In this document: in pieces, positions 24,195-35,945 of the stretch
Numbering within the stretch: position 1 is the first letter of the stretch
How the letters are laid out: the number at the start of each line of letters is the position of its first letter
Assembly: GCA_030167865.1 (NCBI GenBank)
Contig: JALAGF010002059.1
Location: 1-64,000, forward strand
DNA: 64,000 bases
Source: Craspedostauros australis
Lineage: Eukaryota
Direction: 5' to 3'
Made by a program: the position numbers and the translations under genes
Notes under the pieces: model-generated
Databases searched by the model: none
What the model was told of the DNA's origin: nothing
What the model saw: only the letters and a program-made list of their open reading frames with translations

Positions 24195-24715
24195 TGGAAC
24201 GCCAATGTATTGGGATATAATACTATTATACAATAGAATAGAATATAATAGAATAGATGGGACTGATGATGCGCCTGCGGTTGTTTGTGTGGATTGATGT
24301 GGAGTATAGTGGAGTGAGGTGAGCAAAGCGAAGCTGAGTGGAGGATCTAAACACAAGGCGCAGTTGTGCCTTTCTCACAACGGTCGAGGTGCTGTCTCCG
24401 AAACTCATTGTCATTATCAGCAACAACAGACGTCGTGGGAGCTGCGTGGATGACAGGAGTCGCGGTAAACCCCAACTTATTTACTAATTCCTCGTCCCGT
24501 TGGCGACATGCACGAGGGGCAACATCCGTCTCTCCAGAGATGAGTAAATGGCATCTATTGTATTATGATAGTATTGTACTCAACATGTCATAGAATATAA
24601 TAGGATCATTTCGCAGTGTGGCATCAACTTTAGCTCTATCAACGGCACGAGTCACTGTGGTCGACGTCTGCCTCCATACTCGTGCATTCATGCCTGTTTG
24701 CGTTGTCAACGACAA

Positions 24716-25642
24716 TCACGCCTCTCCGCTCGCGACCACCACCACCGGCCGCTTGTTGGGCGGCATTTCACTGACGTAGTAGTCCAGGACGTATTGCTGC
24801 GACGTCGCCTGCGCCTCGGCCGAATACTGCTTCACGATGCTCGTGATGGTGGGAGCCACGCGTTCGCTCAGCATGCGCGTGACAAAGGTGGCCTTATCGT
24901 CGTTGTACATGGTCATGGTCAAGCTGGATCGCGGCGACGGATCTTGCGTCGTTTCCAAACCATCGAATTCCACGATGGAGGCCAACGACTCGATCAGCTC
25001 AACGCACAGGTCATCGACCTGCCGTCGTTTGAGGTTGATGCTCTTGTTGTTGCCGGCATAATGCTTCAGATCGTCCAAGCAATCCTTGATTTCCAATCCC
25101 TTCAGAGCAAAGACGCGCCCCGACGCACCGCCGCCGATCTTGTTGGCCACGACGGCCTTGGCTCCCAAGCGTGCTTCGAGGTAGGCCGATTTCTTGGCAT
25201 CCGACGTGGCGGCATTGCGCAATCGATATTCCACCGTCTCGGCCCAATACTGCAAGCGCAGCAGGGAGACCAGGCACAGTTCCAATTGCCGGCGGTCCTT
25301 CTTTTCGAACGGCAGCGCGTTGGCGACCGCAGGCGATTGTGTGGTTGGAGCGATTGCGAGCGTAGTCGCTGATGCCAAGATGTGGAGCATGGACTTGCGG
25401 CTTGTCAAGAAGTTGGGTGCGGACGGCGCAGGATCGGCATGGATTGGTTCGCTTTGCTGGTTGTCGTGGCATGCGATGGACATGGTTCTGCTTCCGTGCA
25501 GCCCAAGGTTCAGCATCTGAGGCTGGTCATGACTTCGTCGATTCTGTGTGGAGAATGATGCGCACGTTGTGAGCAATAGCATGGTCAGAAGTATACGGAG
25601 CATGGCGTTGGCGATAGATGATGATGATGATGAAGTCGGCAT
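24716..25642 (-). CDS. Conserved hypothetical protein, predicted thylakoid-lumen targeted
   Basis: 308 aa. Signal peptide ending CAS-F, transit region, then SRKSML-hydrophobic-ANA|LPF lumen-type signal and a helical mature domain. Confidence 0.7.
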   Translation of the reverse strand: MPTSSSSSSIANAMLRILLTMLLLTTCASFSTQNRRSHDQPQMLNLGLHGSRTMSIACHDNQQSEPIHADPAPSAPNFLTSRKSMLHILASATTLAIAPTTQSPAVANALPFEKKDRRQLELCLVSLLRLQYWAETVEYRLRNAATSDAKKSAYLEARLGAKAVVANKIGGGASGRVFALKGLEIKDCLDDLKHYAGNNKSINLKRRQVDDLCVELIESLASIVEFDGLETTQDPSPRSSLTMTMYNDDKATFVTRMLSERVAPTITSIVKQYSAEAQATSQQYVLDYYVSEMPPNKRPVVVVASGEA

Positions 25643-26266
25643 GGTGGGATGATTCGTTTTGCTCCTGTTCTTTTCGTTGGTGTTGCTGCAAATTGTGAGG
25701 AGTGACTACGGATAGAGCGGTTATCCACTTGTATTCCGAGCCTGCACTGTCTCATTCATGTTGCTACCGCCATTCCAACGTCTGCGGGGATGCAGATACG
25801 ATTACCTGCATGGCACGAGTGCCAATAATACGATGATGATGTGGAGTTTGTTCGCTTTGCTTCGGATGGAGGTGTTGTCGGCATCACCACGCAAGTGCTC
25901 CCATTTCTGTGACCAAACTGACGTATCTTTGGACTCGTTCGACCGCACTCCTCGCATTTCAAAACGCGAGTGTCGAATTTTGGACTTCTTCCATCACACG
26001 CTCCAAAACAAATGCTCATCGATTCGTGGCCTCCGCAGTCCAACAGGATCTCGAAGAACAACCAACACCAACAGACCCACATGCTGATACTAACCATCGC
26101 TCCGGCAAAGAGAGGGCGAAAGACTTGGAGGCGGCGACATCTGCATCGATAGAGTCCATGTCAGCACCAACACCAACACCAGAAGCAACATTCCCCTCTC
26201 AACAACAGCAGCAACATGCGTTACCACCATCAGCGACATGATGCGAAACGTCCGACGATCAGAGAC

Positions 26267-27538
26267 ATGAAGACGAAGAGACGAGCTGGCATCCAGGCAC
26301 GATTCCCATCGTTACGATCATGCAAGGCATCATCCTTCCTGCGAATAGCCTTGATCTTCTTGCTGGCTGCCAATCTCATCTGCATCTTGCTTTTGTACAA
26401 CTGGCTGCATCCAATAGCGGGAACTGCAGCAGATGCGCCAAATGTCAGATCTTCACATGGTGCGAGTAGCAACCAGCATGGACAGAATGTGAACGACAAC
26501 CATGAAGATGCAACGGCATCATGGAGATCAGCTCCCAAGTTTCTGTGGGGTATACCGACAATCGCTGACGAAGTGGAACAGCGCCAATTGCTGCGAGAGA
26601 CGTACCTCAGCGTCTTCCAGAAGGGACATCCGGCATCGACTTCCGATGACGAGCACCGCATCTGTGCTTTGCACCAGATTCTGCGTCGTGAGATCTCGCT
26701 TGAGGACTGTCAGGTGACCTACGTCTTCTTTCTCGGAGGCAATGCCACTGGGCCAAACGAATTGGTCGGTGCCACGCAAACCATCGAATCCATGACCCTG
26801 CCGACATCCGCCAGCGCCGCAAGCCACATCAACGAACCCGACGTGCTGCACTTGAACGTCCACGAGAATCTGGAAGATGGCAAGATGCAAACGTGGTTCA
26901 AGTACGGTTCTCTGATCGCGCAGCAGCATGAATTCGACTTCATCGCCAAGGTGGACTCCGACACCCTCGTGTTTGTGCCGACATTCCTGGACTACATGCA
27001 GAAGAAATTCAAGGACAGCCTGGATTCCCAAGCACCATTCCCGAGAATACAACAGACGTACGTCGGCCTCGCGTACGACAAGAACTACTGCGACCCTACC
27101 GAGAAGGACGTCCATCCTTGCCCGCTGCCATTGGTCGGCGAACTGTACATGAGCGGCGAACTCTACTTCATGACGCCGGATCTGGCCGACTTCATCACGT
27201 CCGATGCCTGCGATCGTGCTGCCGTCACGATCCCCCACGAAGACGTCGCCATCGGCAACTTCGTCTTTCTATCGCCGCATCCGGTGCACACGGTGTCCAT
27301 GCAGCTGTCCCAAGTCCTGCGCGGTGTCCTGCGCAAACCCTTCCTGGTGCGCGGGCAAACGGCGGAGTTCCAAAGATGCAAACTCGATAATCCATCCTTG
27401 CTGTGGGGGCACAGCATCGCCATGAGCGGCGGGTACTTCAAGGATCCTGCCAACTTTCGAAACGTGTGGCATCATTACGTGGGTGATGCCACGGGCATGT
27501 CTTGGAGCGAGCGGCTGAACTACGTGTTGGGAATCTAG
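26267..27538 (+). CDS. Glycosyltransferase, GT31 (galactosyltransferase/Fringe)-like, type II membrane
   Basis: N-terminal TM FLRIALIFLLAANLICILLLY. Motifs RQLLRETY, ENLEDGK..TWF, FIAKVDSD (DxD), YMSGELY, EDVAIG. Confidence 0.8.
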   Translation: MKTKRRAGIQARFPSLRSCKASSFLRIALIFLLAANLICILLLYNWLHPIAGTAADAPNVRSSHGASSNQHGQNVNDNHEDATASWRSAPKFLWGIPTIADEVEQRQLLRETYLSVFQKGHPASTSDDEHRICALHQILRREISLEDCQVTYVFFLGGNATGPNELVGATQTIESMTLPTSASAASHINEPDVLHLNVHENLEDGKMQTWFKYGSLIAQQHEFDFIAKVDSDTLVFVPTFLDYMQKKFKDSLDSQAPFPRIQQTYVGLAYDKNYCDPTEKDVHPCPLPLVGELYMSGELYFMTPDLADFITSDACDRAAVTIPHEDVAIGNFVFLSPHPVHTVSMQLSQVLRGVLRKPFLVRGQTAEFQRCKLDNPSLLWGHSIAMSGGYFKDPANFRNVWHHYVGDATGMSWSERLNYVLGI

Positions 27539-27965
27539 GGAGACAGAGAAAGCAGAATGGTGACATGAGAGCAGTTTCGACCCACACGACTACAACCGAA
27601 TTCGCGTGTCAGACATCTTCGTGTTTGTTCGTTCTTTTGTGTCACCAACAGAAGAACGCCCTCCCAAAACGAACACTGTTTGTGACGTAACTGCTGATGT
27701 CTTGCAGAATGGTATCCACGTGGTGTCCTCACCTTCGTAGTCCTACGGTGCTACAATGACCTCTCTGTGAGCGGTGGTGACAGGCCAAACACCCTCTCTC
27801 CCATCGCCCACAGCATCAAGGCACACAAATCTCAAACGAGCATCAGGGAGTGCATGAGTATGTGCCATAAGACAATAATAGTCGTATGGTGCAGAGGAAT
27901 CACATGCTAATCCAATCTCACGTCTAACATCATTGTACAATACCATACTCTACGACTATTGCACT

Positions 27966-29261
27966 ATGTGGCGCGCTGGCGGTGTTCACAGCCGTTTCTG
28001 GAGGGTTGGCAGATGCAGTCATGGACGCAGACATGGTCCGACGGCCTTGCTGGCCTTGGCCACGGTGGTTGCCGTCAGGCCGACGTCCTCGACGGCTGCC
28101 ACGACCATGATGGACGCTGCGGCAGCGGCCGGTGATCCCGTGAAGAAGGCGTACGGCGTCCCGTTCCTGCCCAAGGACGTCTACTACGACATGCCAGTCA
28201 AGAAGGCGCTGGCGGAACTGAGGGACGTCAACCGGCAGAACATCACCTCCATCGATCCCAAGCTCCTGGAACCGCTCAGCACGGCAGGATCAGAGAGCAT
28301 GGCCACTCTCACGTTGATCGGCTACAAGGGCGGTTCGGCGGCTTCCCAGATCAACCAGGATCGCGCGTTCTGCGTCTCGCCGTTCCAGATATCCAAAAAT
28401 GACAAATCCAAAGATTCGCGGTTGCTCATGGGGGTCTTCGACGGCCATGCGCCGAATGGAGAGATGGTGTCGGAGTACACGGTGCAGGAGCTGCCCATCC
28501 TGCTGGCCAACAAACTCAAGGATCTTCCCGCCACATCGACGCAGACCGACATCCAACAGATCCTCACGGATGTCTTTTTGTATTTGGACAAGACCGCCCC
28601 GGCCCACCTCTCGGGCGGTTGCACCGCCTCCGTCATCTACAAGGACGCCAACCAGATCTACGTCGCCAACGCCGGCGACAGCCGCTCCTTCCTCGTCGTC
28701 TACCGCGCCAACCGCCAATCGGCGCAGATCTTTTACACGAGCCGCGAGGACAAGCCCAATCTGCCCGACGAACGCGCGCGCGTTGAGGAGATGGGCGGCG
28801 AGGTCTACCTGCCCTTGAACGGCACGTCGCGCGTCCTGTACACGGATCGGTTGTCAGGAACCGTGTCCGGGTTGGCCATGAGCCGGTCCATCGGCGATTG
28901 GGAGGCCGGCAAGGTGGGTGTCATTCCGGATCCTATCGTCGATGTCTTCGATATCGGAACGGTCGTGCAGCATCAGCTCAGCAACGATGGTGACAATGAC
29001 AACAACAACAATCACGACGGCGACGACGACATTCACATATTTGCAGTCTCGGCCACGGATGGATTGATGGATTACATCGAAATGGAATTGGTCGCGCGGT
29101 ACGTGGCGGCCAGTCTCTACGTCGAGGATGGGCCGCATTTGCTGTCGGCGCTGGAGCAGCTCATATTTATTGCGGCGCAAGGATGGGAACGGGATAAGGG
29201 TGGTATGTATCGTGACGACATTGCTATATCCGTGGCGTCCCTGCGATCTCCAACGAAGTGA
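27966..29261 (+). CDS. PP2C/PPM family phosphatase, probable mitochondrial presequence
   Basis: INQDR, GVFDGHA, GGCTA, ANAGDSR, DKP.LPDERARVE, GLAMSRSIGD, ATDGLMD, YRDDIA. Arg-rich N-terminus. Confidence 0.92.
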   Translation: MWRAGGVHSRFWRVGRCSHGRRHGPTALLALATVVAVRPTSSTAATTMMDAAAAAGDPVKKAYGVPFLPKDVYYDMPVKKALAELRDVNRQNITSIDPKLLEPLSTAGSESMATLTLIGYKGGSAASQINQDRAFCVSPFQISKNDKSKDSRLLMGVFDGHAPNGEMVSEYTVQELPILLANKLKDLPATSTQTDIQQILTDVFLYLDKTAPAHLSGGCTASVIYKDANQIYVANAGDSRSFLVVYRANRQSAQIFYTSREDKPNLPDERARVEEMGGEVYLPLNGTSRVLYTDRLSGTVSGLAMSRSIGDWEAGKVGVIPDPIVDVFDIGTVVQHQLSNDGDNDNNNNHDGDDDIHIFAVSATDGLMDYIEMELVARYVAASLYVEDGPHLLSALEQLIFIAAQGWERDKGGMYRDDIAISVASLRSPTK

Positions 29262-29664
29262 GCAAGCGGAGTTGGTGAGACTGATTTTGACCACCGCGAC
29301 GATAATGATAGAACAACTGCGTTGGGTTTTGTTCGAGTATCACATGCTGGTTCTGGGCGCTGTCACTGCGTCCCATACATAGTCATGTGTTGAGGAATAT
29401 GCTGTGATGAACGGTGATGGATGTAGCAGCATGGTATGCACATGTCGGGGAGCAGAATACAGATAGAGACAACACTACTCTCTCTCTCTTGAGGGAGTAT
29501 CCATCACATGAACAAACGAACATGGCGACACCGACACCAGCATCACATCATTCAGGACAGAGCAGTGCTGTGCACTCATACCTGCAGTATTGTAGTTGTG
29601 TGTTGGGTTTCCTTAGGTAGGTAGAATATTCCTTTCTTTTCGCAGTGTAGTGTAATATGTCATG

Positions 29665-32600
29665 TTACCAAATTGAGCCTTGTACATTGGCAGCGCCATT
29701 GGTGTTCATGTTGGTGTTGTTCACAATCGTGGTGCCGTCGCCACCACCACCGAAGGTCCAATCGAATTCGGGTGCCTCCGTATCGAGAGATGGATCGACG
29801 AAGCCCAAAGACAAGCCCGTGATGGACGACGTGATGGGTTGCTGCTGCTGCGCAGGTTGTTGCTGCGGTGGCTGTTTGTCGTTGCCACCGCCACCCCAAA
29901 TGGATGATGATGGGCGCGTGATGGATTCCAGCAAGGATGTGCCTCCCATATCCATCTGGTTCGGCAACGGGCGCTGCAAGCTGATGGGATCCAGTCCAGG
30001 GATAGGCAAGGCGGCGTCCGCCGAAGGATCGAAGCTGTTGGTGAGTCCTGCCGGAAGGAATGGTTGTTGCTGCTCCACCGGTGGCGGTGGCTTCTCCAGC
30101 ACGACGGATTTGGACAATGGCGGTGCTGCTCCCGTGGCTGCAGCTTGATGAAAGCCACCAAAGTGTGGCATGGACGGTTGCGGTCGTGGCAGTCCTGGCA
30201 CCACTGGTTGGTTCAGCGGCATGGAACCAGGCAGATGGACGCCCGGAGGTGGCGCCGAAGCTGGTGGCTGGGTCGATTGGGGCTGCGCAAAGGTGGATGG
30301 CACGAATGCTTTGGCCGTCGCACGGATCTCGCCAAGGGGATTGACGGCATCCGCGACGGGAGCCGCGTCCTGATTGAAATCCACGTACATTGAGGCAGTG
30401 TTCAACGATGGCTGCGGCACGGGTGGCAACGGCGCTGGGTTGTACGATCGGAATCCAGGAGGCGGAACAGCGGCTGGTGCCATGTTGGGCGGGTTGTTGT
30501 TGGAGGAGGTCGACATGGTGCGGCTGCGGCTGCTGCCCAACGAAGACACCGTCTTATCGTCGTCGCCAAATCCGTACGGCGACACGCTCAGGGGCGTTCG
30601 CAGATTGATCTCCGACGTGATGGAGTTGTTCGCCGACGTATGCGCTGAGTTCGCCGACGGTTGCTGCATGGGATTGGAGGAGAAGGCAGTCTTGTCGCGG
30701 CTCTGCTGCATCTTCATCTTCGATTTGGTGGCGCCACCAGCCTGAGGCAGCATCTTCGCATTGATTCTCGCAGCATCCGGTGTCACAGTGAAACGCTTGA
30801 CGTGCAGCGGTGCTGCAGCAACTTGGGGCCGAGCTGCAGGTTTGACAGCGCCCTTTGGCAAGAAATTGGGCATGGCGTTGGGTGGTGGAACGGGAACACG
30901 CGGTTGAACCGTGACAGCCTGCGCCATCTTGGCCTTCGCCTCCTCCTGCTGTCGCGCATGCTCTCGGTTGTTCCATTCTCGATTGCGCCGACGGGCTTCC
31001 TCACGTTTGGCAGCCAACCGTGCAGCTGCCTCTTCCTTTTCTTTGCGTGCCTGCCCTTCCCGCGATGCCTGAGCGACGACCTTGCGATCTTGCCGGCTGC
31101 TGCTATTACTGCTGGCTGTCGAAGTAGTATGGTTGTGGTTGTTGCTGCTGTTGTTCTTGTTGGTGGATTTGCGAACGACCTTGGCAACGGCTTCAAAACT
31201 CTCATTGACATTCGCTGCGCTGTTGTCATTCTGCTGCTGCGGCTGCGGCTCTTCCACCTCTTCCACACCTTGCCCAAAGATATGGGCAACGATATCATCC
31301 GCAGTAGCACGATCCATGCCACCGTACGCCTTGGCCGCTTTGAGGATCTGGTCTTCGGTAAATCCCATTCCCAGCAACGCCACCATCATCGGATCTTCCT
31401 TATCGCGTTTGGAGGCGACCAACGGTTTGACATCCGGCTTGGAAGCGACGCTTGTGGCATCCGCGGATTGCTTGTCGTTCGACTGCTGTTGCAATTGCTG
31501 CTGCTGCTTCTTTTTGGCTTTCTTCTTTTTTCGTTTTCGGGCCGCCGCACTTTCGGGTGGATCGGATTGCTGTTGCGAGTTCTTGTCACTCTTCGATGCT
31601 TCTGACAAGGGGGAGTAGCCATTGAGCTCCACGTCCTGCAACCGCCGCACGATGAGTTCCAGCGTCGCCATGAAATTCTTCTTGTCGACGTGATGCGCGA
31701 AGAAGTGATTGACCATCTCTTGCAATGCCATGCCATGTGATTCGATGTCTGTCTCGTGCTTCCCAGCGTGGATATACTGTACCAATTCAAGTGCTGTGAT
31801 TCCCCTCCCATCACTACGACACGCAGAAGTACAACAAAAACGGAAATGACAAGAATGGAAATGAAAAAGAGAAAATACACACGGTGAGATGATTCCAATC
31901 CACGTTGCATTATTCCATTCCATTCCATTCCATAACAACGCCAACAACGTGGATGCGCTCTGCTCACCTTTCCCGCCATGTGTGCGTGTCGTCGGATATC
32001 GTCTTGACGTCGCATCCGCCGGCCAGAAGCAGTTCCAAACAATCGCTGGATCCCGACACGGTGGCGTAATGCAACGGCGTCCATCCCGAATCCTTGCACG
32101 TCATGTTGAGATAGGCATGATCGCTGGTAACGCGCAGCACCTGATCGACGAATTGTACGTCCCCGTAAAAACACGCCGAATGCAACGCCGTGCGTCCCGA
32201 ACGCAAGGGCGACAAGGCGACGTGGACCTGTGATGACAAGATGTACTGTGCGAGGCGTTGGCGTGCTTCCTTGCCGCGTTCGACTTGCGCACGATTCTTG
32301 GCAATGGAGTTGGGCAAGAGGAATTCGAGATGCTGCGCTTTGAACTGCTTGCGTGCGGCGTCATCGGCTTGCTTGTGTTCGACTTTATCCAAGGGCGATT
32401 CGTTGAGCAGGGCGTCGAGCTTGGCATACTCGTTGGATTGGCAGGCAGACACGACACGCGATCTCCATGACAAAATAGCCTTTTCACGCTTCTTCTGTGC
32501 GGCGGCCGCGGCCTTTTGTGCTGCTTCCTCCTTTGCCTTTTGCTTCTTGCGCTGCTTCTTCTCGCGTCGTTTGTTGGCCTTCTTGGCGCGCTCCGTGTCC

Positions 32601-34285
32601 TCTGATTCCTTGTTGGCGGCCATGAAGGCATCGAAGACGTCGCTGGGATGTGTGATGTCGGTCCCGTCGGCCTTGAGCACCTTCCAATTTCCGTTGGCAT
32701 CCTGCGCGTATCGCAGACTGGCGGGCAGGGACACGTTGAAGTTGACATCCGGCGAGCCCGAGGCTTTGTGATGATCGGCAAGGATCTTGCCCAGCTGGCG
32801 CAGGCCACCGCCGAGGAATCCATCCTCCTCCGTGTCTTCATCTTCCTCGTCTACGTCTACGTCTACGTCATCCCCGACGACGTATCCCGGCGGATCCGTG
32901 CTGTCGATGTACCTGTAGACGACGCCTTCCGCGTCTTCCTCCTCGAGACTGACGGTCTCATCGTCGTTGTGCTGATCCATCATGCCGGTCATGGCGCCGT
33001 AGGTCCTGCGAAAGGCCTCCCAGGACGTGCCGTCCGTGAAGAATCCTGCCGAAGCGGCCGCGAAGTTCTCCGCCGCCGCCTCCGTCCAGCCTCCGGGCGG
33101 AATGAAGGGCGGTTGTATGCTGATGGAAGGCGATGTCGCTGCTGCGGCTGGCGGGGCTGCGCCATTTCCAAACATGAAGACAGGCGGTTGCATGGCGGAT
33201 GCGGATGCGGCGAATGCGTGCGGGGGGTTTCCGTAGGTGTAGTTGGGCGGCAGCTCCGGGCCCATGGGGACCTTTTTGTTTGCTTTCTTTTGGTTGGCTT
33301 TGCTTTTGGTCTTGCTTTTTGCTTTGTTGTTGCTATTGCTGGTATTGTCATCGTTGTTGTTGTCGTTGTCGTTGGTATCGGAAGAAGGAGTGGTGGACGG
33401 CATTTGCGTTTGCGTTGGCATTTGAGTCTTAGCTGTTGTTGTTGTGGTTGCTGTTGTCGTCGGATCATGATCATCGATAGACATCTTCATGATCTCCATG
33501 AACATGCTGACGAGGGCCTTCATCTCGGCATCGCTGCAGGGCAACCCGTTGGGCATGTTGGTTTGCGCGTTGGTGGAGAAGCTGAGTTGCGCAGCCGCGG
33601 CAGCCGCAGCAGCAGCCGTGGCACCATTGTGAGGCATTGCGGAGGAAGCTCGCACCTGCTGTGCTGCAAACGCGGCGGACTCCTTGAGCGCCTGGAGATC
33701 GAGGGAACCGAAGCTGACGGAGGTGTTGGCATTGGCGTTGGCGTTCATGGCGGCATTGATGTTGTTGATGTTGGCGCTGATGTTGTTGGTATTGATGCTG
33801 TTGTTGATGGCATTGGTATTGTTGCTGATGTTGGTGGCAGTCGGTTTGGAGGCTCGATTGGCGTTGCGTTTGGAGGTCTGGTAGTACGAGGAGCTCTGAG
33901 ACGAAGGACCGTTGTTGCTGCTGTTGTTGCTGATGTTGTTGGAGGCAGCAGTAGCAGAGGGAGAGGCAGGCGGTCTGGCAGGACCGAAGGAGATCTTGAC
34001 CTCCCTTCCGCGAGACGACGTGGCCTGCTGGATGTAGCGAGCGGCTGCCTCCGGAGTCATGGCCTGCGGAGGTCCGTTGCCGGAGCTGACATTGAGCGTG
34101 CGCCATGCCTTGCCGGTGTCCTCCGCCGACTGGAACTGCTGCTGCATCTGTTGTTGTGACTGCGATTGTTGCTGCGATTGTTGTTGCGACTGCTGCTGCG
34201 ACTGCGATTGTTGCTGAGAACGACCCTTCGAGGCTCCTGATGACCTTGGCCCAGATGATGAGTTCTTGTTCCTCTTCGACTTCAT
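29665..34285 (-). CDS. Large low-complexity protein (~1488 aa) with ankyrin repeats, coiled coils and a UBA-like domain; exons 34285-31968 and 31813-29665
   Basis: Ankyrin motifs GRTALHSACFYGD, GWTPLHYATVSGS..CLELLL and GITALEL. UBA-like MVALLGMGFTEDQILKA. Intron GTGAGC(31967)..TAG(31814) joins the two long ORFs in frame. Confidence 0.82.
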
Positions 34286-34420
34286 TTTGCAATGGATGGG
34301 TGGATGGCTGTGATGCAGCGTCGGAGAGTGTGCTGTCTATGTCTGACCTTGGCTTCTTGTGCTGCTCCGAGTGTTGGGACTCCTTGAATAGCCGTGTGAC
34401 TGGAAGTGGAGCAGGTACTA

Positions 34421-34466
34421 TATAGAGAATAGTATAGTATAGTACAGTATAGTATAATATAGTATA
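34421..34466. repeat. (TATAG/TACAG)n pentamer microsatellite
   Basis: agtatagtatagtacagtatagtataatatagtata. Confidence 0.75.
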
Positions 34467-35510
34467 ATCGATCGTACCCAAGGTCGTGGCTGAGCACGGT
34501 TGCCAACGATGGGCCCGCGTGTGCGAGCAATGTATACGAATAATAGAATACTGATATGCAGGGCCACCGCTGATGGCCTCTGGACTCAATGGATGGGATG
34601 ACCAGAAGGGACCTGGCCACTCTCGCTCTCACCCTCAATTGTCAACACCCAATTGCCAACACGATCAGCCGAAAGGTGATCGGAAGAGGTCGTTGGTTGA
34701 TGACGTGAGTTTCCCTCACAACTCCGACTGCTGCAACTGCTCTGTTGCTTTGGCGCGATGGAATGGAAGCAACGAGATGCTTTGAATCAATTGTCTGCCT
34801 CTCTTGGGACTCTGTTTGAGCGCGTTGCGATGTGGACGAAAGCCTTCTCTCTTTCACCAATTCAATTGTAGCGTCGCTTCCTTCCTTCTTTGCTTGCTTG
34901 CTTCCTTGCTTCCTTGCCTTGCTTGCTTGGTGATCCGTTCCGTTTGAATAGCAGAGATGGCTCGCATCGGTCGGTCTCTCAGACACAAAAACCAAACTTC
35001 CTGCACCGTCACACCATCCAAAACAACCACGATCACACACACACACCACCACCAAGAACAACAGCACACATCATCACACGCAAGTACGCGCTGTACGGCC
35101 ACCAAGAAAACAACAAATTTCAATTGGCGTTGCACTGCAACAACTGCGGGAACAACAAATCGTTGTGCCGCCAAAACGTCCATTTCCATCATCCGCCAAT
35201 CATTTAATTGGGCCTTCCTAAGTACTCTCGCGTTGGCCGTATCGATCCATTGAATCGAAGTGTTCCGGACTGCTTCAGCCCGACTGAACCGTGAAGCTGA
35301 CATCCTTGACGTCACGTGTCGTTTTCGTGTGGGAATTGGTGTCAACACATCTCTCCACAAAAACACCTTCACGGATTCGATTCGTCGGCTGGTTTCCTTC
35401 TTCGGGTGGAGGCTCTCTGCGCTGTTCCGTCCTTCTCTCTCTCTCTCTCTCACTTGGCTGGTTGATCACAGGACGGCGACGGAGTCCATGTTCATAAAGT
35501 CGACAGAAGG

Positions 35511-35580
35511 CATCCATCAAGTCATCCATCAAGTCATCCATCAAGTCATCCATCAAGTCATCCATCAAGCCATCCATCAA
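35511..35580 (+). repeat. 12-bp tandem repeat (CATCCATCAAGT) x ~6
   Basis: Directly visible, near-perfect units. Confidence 0.95.
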
Positions 35581-35945
35581 AACACAACGAACTGAGTACG
35601 AAAGCGGAAGCAAGTTGCAGCAACTTCTGATCATCGTCGCGCAGGAGTCTCTCTCGTGTTATTGCAATACCGCAGCTGCAGATCCTCCACCCTTGGCTAC
35701 CATACGCTCGCGTTCATCACCACATTTGACGGCCTTTCCATTGGCATCAGCCGAACAATAGGACAAGCATCCCACGCGGCATCGCATCGAATTCATTCAC
35801 TCGCATGCCACCACGACTTGCTCCTGTCTTGACACCATCCCGCTCATCACCACAAAAAGGCGTCCCACCATTTCAAAAGGGCATCCAATCGCAACCAACA
35901 AACGGTGCGCAATCATCCATTCATAACTTTCGCCATCCATAGAAC

